Assembly (NCBI GenBank): GCA_040285825.1
Contig: JAUPSS010000002.1
Span: 2,170,001-2,234,000 of the forward strand
Source: Eukaryota sp. TZLM1-RC
Lineage: Eukaryota > Protista > Metamonada: BaSk clade
Direction: 5' to 3'
DNA length: 64,000 nucleotides
This document shows, piece by piece, positions 50,175 through 59,672 of this stretch. A program made the translations under genes and the position numbers. The notes under the pieces were generated by a model, which saw nothing but the letters and a program-made list of their open reading frames with translations, was not told the DNA's origin and did no database searches. Position 1 is the first letter of the stretch. Each line of letters begins with the position of its first letter.

Positions 50175-50961
50175 AAAAAAAAACTAATTGCGATATCCAC
50201 CCACCCAATATGCCTCTCCTAATGAAAGCAAGAAAAAAAAATTAAAGGAATTTACATTCAAGAGGCTGACTGCTCCTCAAAGAAGAAGAGAAACTCTGAA
50301 CAAAGGCCATCAAAAATTCTATAAGAATGCTAAAGAATCATTGATTTATCAAAAAAACCGGTTAACTAATTGGAAGAAGATTTAAAACAATTTTCAAAGA
50401 AAACTCTAGATCATGAAAATTCCTAAATTACTACAAGGCAAAAACAACTTTTCTCTCCATGTTGGAGTTTTAGACTCTAATAAAGAATTTAGAGTCATGA
50501 AGTTGCAAAGATTCATGACCACAGAGAGGATTGAAGCAAAATGGATGAATGAATTTGAAAATAAGTTTGGAGGTCCAGAAGATAACATTGTAGTGATGGG
50601 TGATTACAAGCAAACCAATTGTAAACATGAAACACCTACAAAGAACGTTGGATATCGAAAGATGTTTAAAAACGGTAACTTTCGTCTATTACTGCTGGAC
50701 GAATATAGAACTAAGTTGTCGATGTCAAGCATGTATACTCAAGGGAAAAGAAGGCGAAAATGTAAAGAAGCATCGAGTACCTAACCCAAGACCTTACAGG
50801 AGGACAAATGCACAAACAGTCCTTAGACATAGATATCTCACTTGCAAGAAGTGTGGATGTCTATGGAATTGTAATGGTAATGCTGTACTTAAGATGATTT
50901 ATGTTGTGGATCAGTATCTTAAAGGAAAGGACGCCCTTAAGTTTTGAAAAGATCATCTTGA
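50175..50961 (+). pseudogene. Fanzor remnant E (5'-truncated)
   Basis: RLTAPQRRRE, IVVMGDY...TPTKNVGYRK, RuvC-II LDEYRT, CQAC, NPRPY, CKKC...WNCNGNA, GRP. Frameshifted. Confidence 0.85.
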
Positions 50962-51027
50962 TTCATTTTTCATCCTCCATTAATCTTAACAGGTTACTAC
51001 TATTTGACATTAGTGTGCTGCGAGCCG

Positions 51028-52491
51028 ATGTCCCCTGTTACATGGAAAGAAGTGAAAGCTTCAAATGGAAAAATATATTATTATAACAAAAACACCAGGG
51101 AATCAACTTGGAACATACCATGCGATTGGAAAGAAGCATATAGCAATGGTAAACCATACTACTATCACATCAAGACACGTGAAACCACTTGGAACCCTCC
51201 TTCTGCCTACATTGAATCATTTTCCGTCCCTACCACCGTTGAGATTGTGGAACGTGTTGTACGTCCTGCCCGTCCGTTAGATCTCACAGCAGTTGAAGCC
51301 ATTCTTGCCACTCACAAGAAACACACAGAGTACGAACCCCACGAAGCCACAAAAACTTTTCGCAAAATGCTAGAGGATCATGGAGTAGGAAGCTCCTGGA
51401 CTTTAAAACAAGTAATGCGAGCTTGTGCTAGGGATGAACGATGGTCCTGTCTCGAAAGGTTTGCATTCAAAAAGGATTTAATCAAGGACTATCAACAGAA
51501 TCGTAAATTACAGGAGAACCAGTTTAAATATAACCAGGAGAAAACTCAAGTTGAAACCTATAAGTCAATTGTTAATAAGGTGGTTTTGGAGTTGTATAAT
51601 GTAGAAGGTGTTGATCATCACTATTCAAGAGATTTTTTCATTTATCTAGCCAGTATTATTGACAAAATAATTCCCAGTAACTCTTTTAACTCTTTAAGTT
51701 CTTCTCAAAAAGCTTCTATAGTTGGTGACTGCTGTGAACGTATTGTACAACGCCATAGAAAAGAAGAATTTCGGTGGAAAAGATCCAAAGAGGATGAAGT
51801 GTATAATTCTTTGAAAAATCACCCTTCCTTTCTCCATAATTTGTCATGGAAATATTGTCATGATTTATTAATTAGACAGTGTAAGCAGTCTGGACTGGGG
51901 ACTGAGTCCATGTTATCTGTCTGGAAGAGATTACTCGACAGTTTTGTGAAGAAACAGATAGAAATCAAGCAATCAAAAGTGATGGGTGATATTTTCCTTA
52001 GTAGACAAATCAGAGAAGGTTTCAGAGAATTACTTCGTGAATGTGCCCAAAAAGGAATTTTTCACCTAGGAATGAAATTTAGTGATTTGTCGTCAATTAG
52101 GACAGTTACTGATGATGCAAGATGGCTCAAAATGTCACGTGCAGTCTATGGAAGTCCAGCGGCTGATTTATTTAGAGATTATTTAGTTCATTTGGATGAA
52201 AATGCCAGTTTAAACACAACAAAATTAATTAGACTTGGTGTAATTAGTGAAAGTTATTTGTCTAATGGAATTCCAAATTTTGAAAAATTCAAGGAATTGG
52301 TACAAACTTCCATTAATGATGGAGTAATTTCCTTAGCTCCTTATGAAATAACCCTAGTTTTTGAATATATAAATAGAGAGGCTTTGGCCAACAAACCTGA
52401 AATTAAGGAGGAATTGAACAGTTACGTTCTGGAAGAAGGTGAAGAACCAGAGGAGGTTCCTTTAAAAAAACCAAGAATAGAAGATTTTTAA
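51028..52491 (+). CDS. PRP40: Pre-mRNA processing factor 40-like (two WW plus FF domains)
   Basis: WKEVKASNGKIYYYN...STWNIP and WKEAYSNGKPYYYH...TTWNPP; FF repeats FRKMLED...W...DERW. Confidence 0.85.
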   Translation: MSPVTWKEVKASNGKIYYYNKNTRESTWNIPCDWKEAYSNGKPYYYHIKTRETTWNPPSAYIESFSVPTTVEIVERVVRPARPLDLTAVEAILATHKKHTEYEPHEATKTFRKMLEDHGVGSSWTLKQVMRACARDERWSCLERFAFKKDLIKDYQQNRKLQENQFKYNQEKTQVETYKSIVNKVVLELYNVEGVDHHYSRDFFIYLASIIDKIIPSNSFNSLSSSQKASIVGDCCERIVQRHRKEEFRWKRSKEDEVYNSLKNHPSFLHNLSWKYCHDLLIRQCKQSGLGTESMLSVWKRLLDSFVKKQIEIKQSKVMGDIFLSRQIREGFRELLRECAQKGIFHLGMKFSDLSSIRTVTDDARWLKMSRAVYGSPAADLFRDYLVHLDENASLNTTKLIRLGVISESYLSNGIPNFEKFKELVQTSINDGVISLAPYEITLVFEYINREALANKPEIKEELNSYVLEEGEEPEEVPLKKPRIEDF

Positions 52492-52642
52492 AGTAGAAAA
52501 GTAAACGGATTTATTGAATAAAAGTTATCTGTGACAAACAAGATGTAATAAATTACACAGACTAATTGAAAACTAATTAATAATTATAATAATTTAGGAA
52601 TAATGAAAATAAATCTAAAAAGAAAAGGAAATTGAATTAAAT

Positions 52643-53695
52643 TTACACCCAGGTCGAACAATCAATCAATGTGGAAATTAACTGGGAAGACAACGAAGAC
52701 GGCAACCTAATCAAATCATTGACTGTGATGACATCATCATTACGTGATTTAAAACATGTATCAAAAATTTCATCAACCAAGGCACCAACTAATTCATTGT
52801 TATTTGGAAAAGGACCGTCATCAGTTACGGGTCTTTTTAAGGCCATGTCCAATAAAATTTCATAAACATTATTTTTAGAAAGAAAACCTTGGCAACCAAC
52901 ATCTAATTTCTTGAAAATATATCTAACACCAGCCTCACACCCTTGAAAATTTAAAGCTAAACAAAAATTTAAAAAACAATTCCAGGAAACTAAATCCTTA
53001 GGTTCATCTTGAACAACAGCATTTAAGAAAATTGAAGAAACAAAACCATCTCCAAACTTAAAAAAATCACTTCTAGAAAGTTCTGCTTTTTCAAGTGATA
53101 ATGAATGGTATAATCTACTGACATGGTCCAAAGAACTTGCCTTCAAAACAGAATCAGAAACGTCTAGCCCATTTACTAAAAGAAATAGATCAGAAAAAAC
53201 TGGAGTTGAAGCCACTTTGGTAATCGACATTCCCTTTCTTAAATGAAACAAGAGACAACTTTTGAGGCTTTCCCGGTATGAATCAAAACCCGCTGAACTC
53301 GAGCCATAACTGTCGTAGAGAGTTGAGGCGTATTTGAGAGAGAATGTTGAAGCTAAATGATGTGGGTGTTTCACAGTAAGAGATTGACAAACATCAAAAA
53401 GCGGTTGAAGAGCAAAAAAAGAACCTACCAGGCGATTACAAATGAGGGAAGAATTTGGTGAAATCAGAGACTGGTTATCTTCTTGTAACAGAATTTGAAG
53501 AACAGGCGCCAGATCGGATAAAGATGTTGAGTCAGTAAACAATTCTTTGATCAATGCAGTGTGATATCGACCTTCAGCTGTCGGAGAGAAGTGATTCAAG
53601 GCATTGAGATTGAACTGGATAGAGCTTAAGTTACTTACCGCCTTTGAACAACAATAGTTGCGGAACGGGTTGTTGAGGTGTGTAAGAAGTGTCAT
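52643..53695 (-). CDS. PP2A regulatory subunit B''-like EF-hand protein (divergent)
   Basis: FLNFCLAL...AGVRYIFKKLDVGCQGFLS...DEIFD...ITVNDL. Confidence 0.7.
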   Translation of the reverse strand: MTLLTHLNNPFRNYCCSKAVSNLSSIQFNLNALNHFSPTAEGRYHTALIKELFTDSTSLSDLAPVLQILLQEDNQSLISPNSSLICNRLVGSFFALQPLFDVCQSLTVKHPHHLASTFSLKYASTLYDSYGSSSAGFDSYRESLKSCLLFHLRKGMSITKVASTPVFSDLFLLVNGLDVSDSVLKASSLDHVSRLYHSLSLEKAELSRSDFFKFGDGFVSSIFLNAVVQDEPKDLVSWNCFLNFCLALNFQGCEAGVRYIFKKLDVGCQGFLSKNNVYEILLDMALKRPVTDDGPFPNNNELVGALVDEIFDTCFKSRNDDVITVNDLIRLPSSLSSQLISTLIDCSTWV

Positions 53696-53792
53696 TTAAT
53701 TTTTAGTCACCAGGGATTGCTGCAACACCGTAGAAGTCAAAGGTGTAGTTACACCTCAAATCAGGATCTACAAATTTAAGTCAAATTAAATT

Positions 53793-53867
53793 GTAAAAAG
53801 ATCCGCCCCACCACACACTATGGTTAAATAATCTAACCACAGTGTGTGGTGGTGCGGTTCTTTTTAC
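53793..53867. repeat. Long hairpin: 34-bp arms, 3 mismatches, 7-nt loop
   Basis: GTAAAAAGATCCGCCCCACCACACACTATGGTTA / TAACCACAGTGTGTGGTGGTGCGGTTCTTTTTAC. Confidence 0.9.
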
Positions 53868-54059
53868 TATCGCAGCCATTCGGTGTTATACAAAAGACTT
53901 AGAACTTTTTCATAAAACATTTGTGTTACGCTTTCATAAAATAACATTATGAATTTTAATCAATTTTTTTAAAATAAACACAAATTACTCGACCTGAGTC
54001 TATTTACCTTGTTCTCAACAAGGATGAACCCTCTCCTTCAACGAACGTTGACGACTACC

Positions 54060-55020
54060 TTTCACAAACAGTAAAGGCAACCATGTTCAGGTTTGTTGAA
54101 CCAGTGTTTGATTAGGTTTATCTGAATGGTAGAAGGTTTGGTGTCTTTACTTCTGTTCGTATTTGTGACATACAGTAGATGGTTCAGTAATTCAATTTTT
54201 TCATAAATTAATATTGAAATAATGATTGTAGACATTGATTCTCCCAAGGATGAAAGAACTTCTAGACATTGGGTTGAAGGGTCCACAACCACCTGTTATT
54301 GCAACAAAGCACACAAGAGGTAGACCACCAGGATCGAAGAATAAGCAAATTAGACAAAGGAGAGTCCCAAAGGAAGCCGCCAACAAAACACCTCCAAATT
54401 CACCTGTGAGGTGTGCTCCGTCAGGAATGATCAAGCGTCTACAGAACTGGATATTCTTAGAGGTTGAGTCCGTTCCAGGTGGGAAATAGGCGTTGGGAAC
54501 GAGAAGTTTGCTGACATTTCACATAATCCCACATCGCATCAGCATGAGATTGCAACACTTCTGCCTTGAAAGCTGAAAGCAGTTGAAAGTTTGCATCGTT
54601 AGTTCCAAAGAGCAGTTCTTCTGTATGGTTAAGTGCTCGGTAGCCGGTCCAGTACTTGACCTCTTGGCATTCAGAAATTTTCACCTCACTTACAAAATCC
54701 TTTGGGGTTATCTGTAGACGTAAAGCAACACGTTTCTGAAAGTCAGTATCATGGGCAATCATTGTTGGTGATAACACGTTGCCACTGCTCTTGTAATCGC
54801 CTAAACAAGTATGTTCCTGTACAATTGTGATTTTCCACAGACTTGACTTCTTTGGAATAATGGCTCTGATGTAGAATCAGCAATCGACCCAAGATCTGAC
54901 GATGCATCTGGATTTTGTTTTCTTCTTTTTAATATTGTAAGAGTTGATTGAGACGCAGTAGTTGTCTATTGCTGCTAGCAAATTTTCTTTGACCGCCAAG
55001 ATGTTACCTACTTACAATTC
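54060..55020 (-). mobile_element. MULE/Mutator transposase remnants
   Basis: Minus strand C-x-FYIRA...WKIT...EHTC (MuDR-type DNA-binding region); plus strand PP...TRGRPPGSKNK AT-hook fragment. Multiple stops. Confidence 0.6.
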
Positions 55021-55230
55021 TTACAAACAGCTTTTTTCTTTGGTATAATGCACTATTGGACCTATTTCCTCAATTTCTCAATAAAAAACATTTTTTCCAA
55101 CACTGATGATGTGCCAATTCCAAAAAAAGGATTAAAAATAGAATAAAAATAGAATATGACAAGAATAAAAAAGAATTAACATACAAATATTTAATACACA
55201 TTTATACAGATAGTGGCCACTTTCCTATTC

Positions 55231-56406
55231 ATGATAACTTATAGTGCCCCTAGCAAAGTTCTTCTCACTGGTGGTTACTCTATTCTGTATCCTGATAACT
55301 TTGGTGTCGTTTTTTCCATTAGCCCACGTAGTTACTGTTCTTGTCGCTTTACACCTCTTCCAACATCACACCTTCGTGTATCTTGTCATTTTCTTCAAGC
55401 AAATCAATCTTGGTCTTTTGACATAGATCATTCATCTATTTCAGCACCTTTTGCTTTTTCTAACCCTTATGTTCAACGTGCTGTGGAACATAGCCTTTTA
55501 TACCTCTCTTCACTCAATGCACCAATATCTTCTCTCCGAGGAAATCTTGAACTATTCACATACTTGGAATCTCCCTTCCACCTCCATTCCCCTTCTTCTT
55601 CCTCTTTCCCTTCCATTTACCACAACACCCCCAAGACTGGCATTGGATCATCTGCTAGTATTATTGTTTCTATCTTTTATTCTATGACTCACTGTTTAAG
55701 TAATTACCTTGAAATCCCGTTTAATTTGTCCACAGAAAGAGCTTTTTCTTTTTGTTTAAAAGCCCATCAGTGTGCACAAAATGGTTTAGGTTCTGGGTTT
55801 GATGTTTATTCAGTTATTTTTGGATCTTGCATGTTTTCAAGAAATTTTTCAAAGTGTAAACCCTTAAGTCTTCCTAATAAATGGAACTTTTATTTACTTA
55901 AACCTTTTAAAATTGGTGAAAGTTTGGCATGTTCAACTGTCAGATCTTCTCGAGCTGTTTTGAAAGCTATTGCTGAAAGTTCTGATTTAAATGAATTATT
56001 TTTAAAATATTGTGATTTGTGTAATTCTTTTGCAGATAAATTGAGAAGAGATCCTGATGATAATAGTATTTTTTTACTATCTTCGCAAATTAGGAGTTTA
56101 ATTATAGAATTTTCTAAAAAATCTGGAATTGATATAGTCCCTTTTGAAATTTCTCAACTTTTTGATTTAATTGATGAATTGAATAATCCTAATTTAATTT
56201 CCTACTCATTTTCTGGAGCTGGTGGCTGGGATTGTATTTGGTTCCTAGTCAAGGCAGATTTTGATTTCAAACACTTTATTAAAGATTTAAGTAAGTTAGT
56301 TACAGATAGAGAAATTAATTGTGGAGTTGAAATTATTGAAAATTTGGGAATAAACGATAATTGTGGGGTACTAAAAGTTTCAGATTTCAATCCATTGATA
56401 AATTGA
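55231..56406 (+). CDS. ERG8-type phosphomevalonate kinase (GHMP family)
   Basis: SAPSKVLLTGGY, KTGIGSSAS, AH..AQ...GSGFDV, GAGGWD. Confidence 0.88.
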   Translation: MITYSAPSKVLLTGGYSILYPDNFGVVFSISPRSYCSCRFTPLPTSHLRVSCHFLQANQSWSFDIDHSSISAPFAFSNPYVQRAVEHSLLYLSSLNAPISSLRGNLELFTYLESPFHLHSPSSSSFPSIYHNTPKTGIGSSASIIVSIFYSMTHCLSNYLEIPFNLSTERAFSFCLKAHQCAQNGLGSGFDVYSVIFGSCMFSRNFSKCKPLSLPNKWNFYLLKPFKIGESLACSTVRSSRAVLKAIAESSDLNELFLKYCDLCNSFADKLRRDPDDNSIFLLSSQIRSLIIEFSKKSGIDIVPFEISQLFDLIDELNNPNLISYSFSGAGGWDCIWFLVKADFDFKHFIKDLSKLVTDREINCGVEIIENLGINDNCGVLKVSDFNPLIN

Positions 56407-56457
56407 CAAATAAATAATGTAGCCAAGTTTATATTTTTTGTATTCTATTTGCTTCAA

Positions 56458-59397
56458 TTAACCTTTATTAATTATAACTCTGGGACGTCTTACTGATAAA
56501 GTTTCTGGTGGTTTATCTGTTGGTGGAGGGGGAATAAACGACACGTCATTTGATTGCGGTTTTGATTGAGTTTTGTTTTGGAGGTTTGGTTGAGCCTTCA
56601 ATCCATCGGTTTCTTTTACTTTTACTCTTTCTCTCTTTTTTTCTTCCCCTCTTCTCTGTTCAGAAGTAGTGTTTAACTGGCCAACCCTGAATACCATATC
56701 ATCAAGTAAAGTGGTGGCTTGCCAATCAATAGGTGTTGAAGGTGGAGTTCTTGCAGATTGTGGGGGTTCAAATGAAGAATTAGAAAGATTTCGGTAAATT
56801 CTAGCAGTGTGAGGTCTTTTTAGGTCAAAACTATTCAATTTTGACTGAGAATTTGATTGACTAAATGATGGTATTCGTAGCTTCGTTTGCACCCATAATG
56901 GATTTTCTTTTTCATTAAGTTGGTTTTGGTTTAAGCTTTCTTGACAAACATTATTTGATTCGGTAGTGCTCCCCTTTTTCATATTAGATGAAGATTGAGA
57001 ATCTGAAAATAAGGAAATGCTGGAAATGGAAGGTAGCTCAAAGATGGGTTGACTAGTTGAGAAATTACGTGACTGAGGACGACTTTTTGGTCTTGATTTT
57101 GGTTGTTGCCGTTTTTGTGCTATAGGTTCAGTCCTACCTATAACTAAATTATCTGATTGATTATCTGATTGATGATTTGATTGATTATCTGATTGATGAT
57201 TTGATTGATACTTTGTTAGAACACTTGCAGGTCTCATATCAACTAATCGTGAAGATTTCTTGTAGAGTCTAGGGGATTCTTGATTATTCTGATTGGTAGA
57301 TTTGATTGAAATTTCTGGGAATATCGGAGAAACGGTCAGTGATTCTGACAAATCATTAGGAAATGGTATTGATTCAGACATTGTATGTTCATTATTAGGA
57401 GAATTTTGAACTGGTCTTGACTTTGGCGGACTGAGAGCTCTGTAAACGTCATCTTTTTGACCCTGTGCCACGTGGCCAATGTCCTTTCCAGATAACATAG
57501 CTTTGACTATTCCAATCAAATTAATTTTCTTTTGAGCAGAATTTAATTTAGAAAAATCAATTGAAATAATTTCAGAAAGAGAATCAATGTTATTTGCTAA
57601 TGAACTAAAATCAATCGAATCATTGGAAAATCCTGAAAAGTCGACCACTTTCTGACCTTTATGACGTGGCAAATCACAATCAATCAAAACTGACAGGGCG
57701 ACCTTGGCAGAATCATATAATATTTTTGTTTGTTCTTTCCTTTTGCTCTTCCAATTAGATAATTCTCTCTGCCAATCTGTAGTCAATTGACTTAAAGAAT
57801 CCAATAAAGAATTTTTGCTTTCTGTTTTTGATAATTTTTCAGCTATAACTGAAGCTTTTTTTAAATATTTACATCGAAGGATCATAATCCTCCAAGCATC
57901 AAGAGACTTTTTCCTTCTATACTCCACCACAAGCTCTATTGACTTATCAAAAACAAATAGATAATCGTCTGCACTGCCCTTATATTTATTAGGAGGAATT
58001 AATTGCTGAACGGTAAGGAAACTGCTGTCATAATTTGAAAGAATGAATGATGGAGAAAAGAACTCTCGGATTAAATCAAGTTTATTTGATTTGGACTTTG
58101 ATTTTGATTTTTGAGCCAATGTTTGAGTGAATTGATCACGAATTTTGATTAATGGGTCACACCCACAGTCAACGGAAGTCTTTTGAATAGTATTGACCGA
58201 TATTGACTGGGTTAACAGACTGGTTTGGGTAAACTTAAAACTGGTACAAATTGTTGGAGTTTGCGAAAAACCATCAAAATATTTGAAATTTTCAGTTTGA
58301 ACCTTGACTGAGTTGTACGTGACCCTTTCTCGACCCAAATCAATGTCGTTAAAGGCCATATAGCAATATTCCAAATTTTGATTTAATTTGGCACACTCTG
58401 CTTCAAGTTTGGTGATTTGATCATTTTTACTTTGAATTTCTTTTTTATGTAGAGATTCAGCATTTTCTAGTTGAAACCTCAACAATCTATTTTTTTTCAT
58501 TTCAACTTTACATTCTTCATTTAATTTTTGAATTTCATTTTTCAATTCCATATTTGAATCTTCAATTTGAATCATTTTCCTCTTAATACTTTGCAATTCT
58601 TTACGTTGAGATTTCAAATCTTCAAGGAATTCTGGCTCATTTAAAGATTCCAAGAATTGCAATTCATCAATTCTGCTTTGTAAAAACTTATTGTTCACCA
58701 TTAATTCCTGAATTTCATCATCTTTTTTCAAAACAATTCCTTCCAAATATTCCAAATCTTTAGTATTTTGTTTTCGACAATCACTTGCGGCTTCAGTCAA
58801 TTTCTTTCCTATCGAAGTCAACTTCCCCAATGGACTGTTGATCACCAACTCTTCGGGTTCTTCCTCTTCCAATGGATAAACGTCACAAGAGGGACTTAGT
58901 GAAGGATCAATGGCAACCGCTCTACGTTCAACTGATTGAACCCATTCATGTAGATCAGAAGGTATCGGGGACGAAGGGGAAGGCAGACAGGAAAGAACAT
59001 CAGAAGACGAACAAGACGAAAGATTAGCAAGAGAGTGACAGATAAAGGAATGAAGGGTTCTATGTTTGTTTAAATGTTCAGAACAGCAGTAGAGAGCAGT
59101 GTTACAGATGGAGCAACAATGCGTACGCGAAGAAATAGGAGTGAAGCATGATTCACACACATTTATGTTCAGTAGAGACAAAGCATGATCGATTATGGAG
59201 GGGTCAGTACTTCTAGAAAGAAAGGATAAATTGGAATAAATGAAGGAGAGTTCCTGGGAAAGAGAATCAGGACAAGATGAAGAAGAGGAAGCACCAAAGA
59301 AGCGTATTAGATAGACATGGAAGAGGTCTGAAGCAAGAGAGTTCAGCATCACAAAAAAATTAAGAGAAATTGACAAAAATGGTAGTTTCAGCATCAT
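56458..59397 (-). CDS. MYND-type zinc finger and coiled-coil protein
   Basis: CESC...CSIC...YCCSEH...H...H...C, long coiled coil, Ser/Gln-rich tail with 12-bp repeats at about 57150-57210. Start may be at 59349. Confidence 0.65.
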   Translation of the reverse strand: MMLKLPFLSISLNFFVMLNSLASDLFHVYLIRFFGASSSSSCPDSLSQELSFIYSNLSFLSRSTDPSIIDHALSLLNINVCESCFTPISSRTHCCSICNTALYCCSEHLNKHRTLHSFICHSLANLSSCSSSDVLSCLPSPSSPIPSDLHEWVQSVERRAVAIDPSLSPSCDVYPLEEEEPEELVINSPLGKLTSIGKKLTEAASDCRKQNTKDLEYLEGIVLKKDDEIQELMVNNKFLQSRIDELQFLESLNEPEFLEDLKSQRKELQSIKRKMIQIEDSNMELKNEIQKLNEECKVEMKKNRLLRFQLENAESLHKKEIQSKNDQITKLEAECAKLNQNLEYCYMAFNDIDLGRERVTYNSVKVQTENFKYFDGFSQTPTICTSFKFTQTSLLTQSISVNTIQKTSVDCGCDPLIKIRDQFTQTLAQKSKSKSKSNKLDLIREFFSPSFILSNYDSSFLTVQQLIPPNKYKGSADDYLFVFDKSIELVVEYRRKKSLDAWRIMILRCKYLKKASVIAEKLSKTESKNSLLDSLSQLTTDWQRELSNWKSKRKEQTKILYDSAKVALSVLIDCDLPRHKGQKVVDFSGFSNDSIDFSSLANNIDSLSEIISIDFSKLNSAQKKINLIGIVKAMLSGKDIGHVAQGQKDDVYRALSPPKSRPVQNSPNNEHTMSESIPFPNDLSESLTVSPIFPEISIKSTNQNNQESPRLYKKSSRLVDMRPASVLTKYQSNHQSDNQSNHQSDNQSDNLVIGRTEPIAQKRQQPKSRPKSRPQSRNFSTSQPIFELPSISSISLFSDSQSSSNMKKGSTTESNNVCQESLNQNQLNEKENPLWVQTKLRIPSFSQSNSQSKLNSFDLKRPHTARIYRNLSNSSFEPPQSARTPPSTPIDWQATTLLDDMVFRVGQLNTTSEQRRGEEKKRERVKVKETDGLKAQPNLQNKTQSKPQSNDVSFIPPPPTDKPPETLSVRRPRVIINKG

Positions 59398-59672
59398 TTC
59401 AACTGAGTTTTACCACTACCGAGTCCCGCCGTCGTAGAGAGAAGTGTCTATCTAGTTTTTTATTTTAGCTTAAAGGAGTATTAGATTTGATTCCTAGAAT
59501 CATAATATGTCAACTTATTCCTCTCCCCACCCTCTTCTTTTTTAGATGTTAGGTGAAAAGTGCAGTAATGTTTCAGAACCAAATTGACAATAAACGCAAT
59601 AAAAAGTGATTTAAAAGACACATATATTTAAAACACAATAAATATTCTATTTACACAAACTAAAATTCTGAA

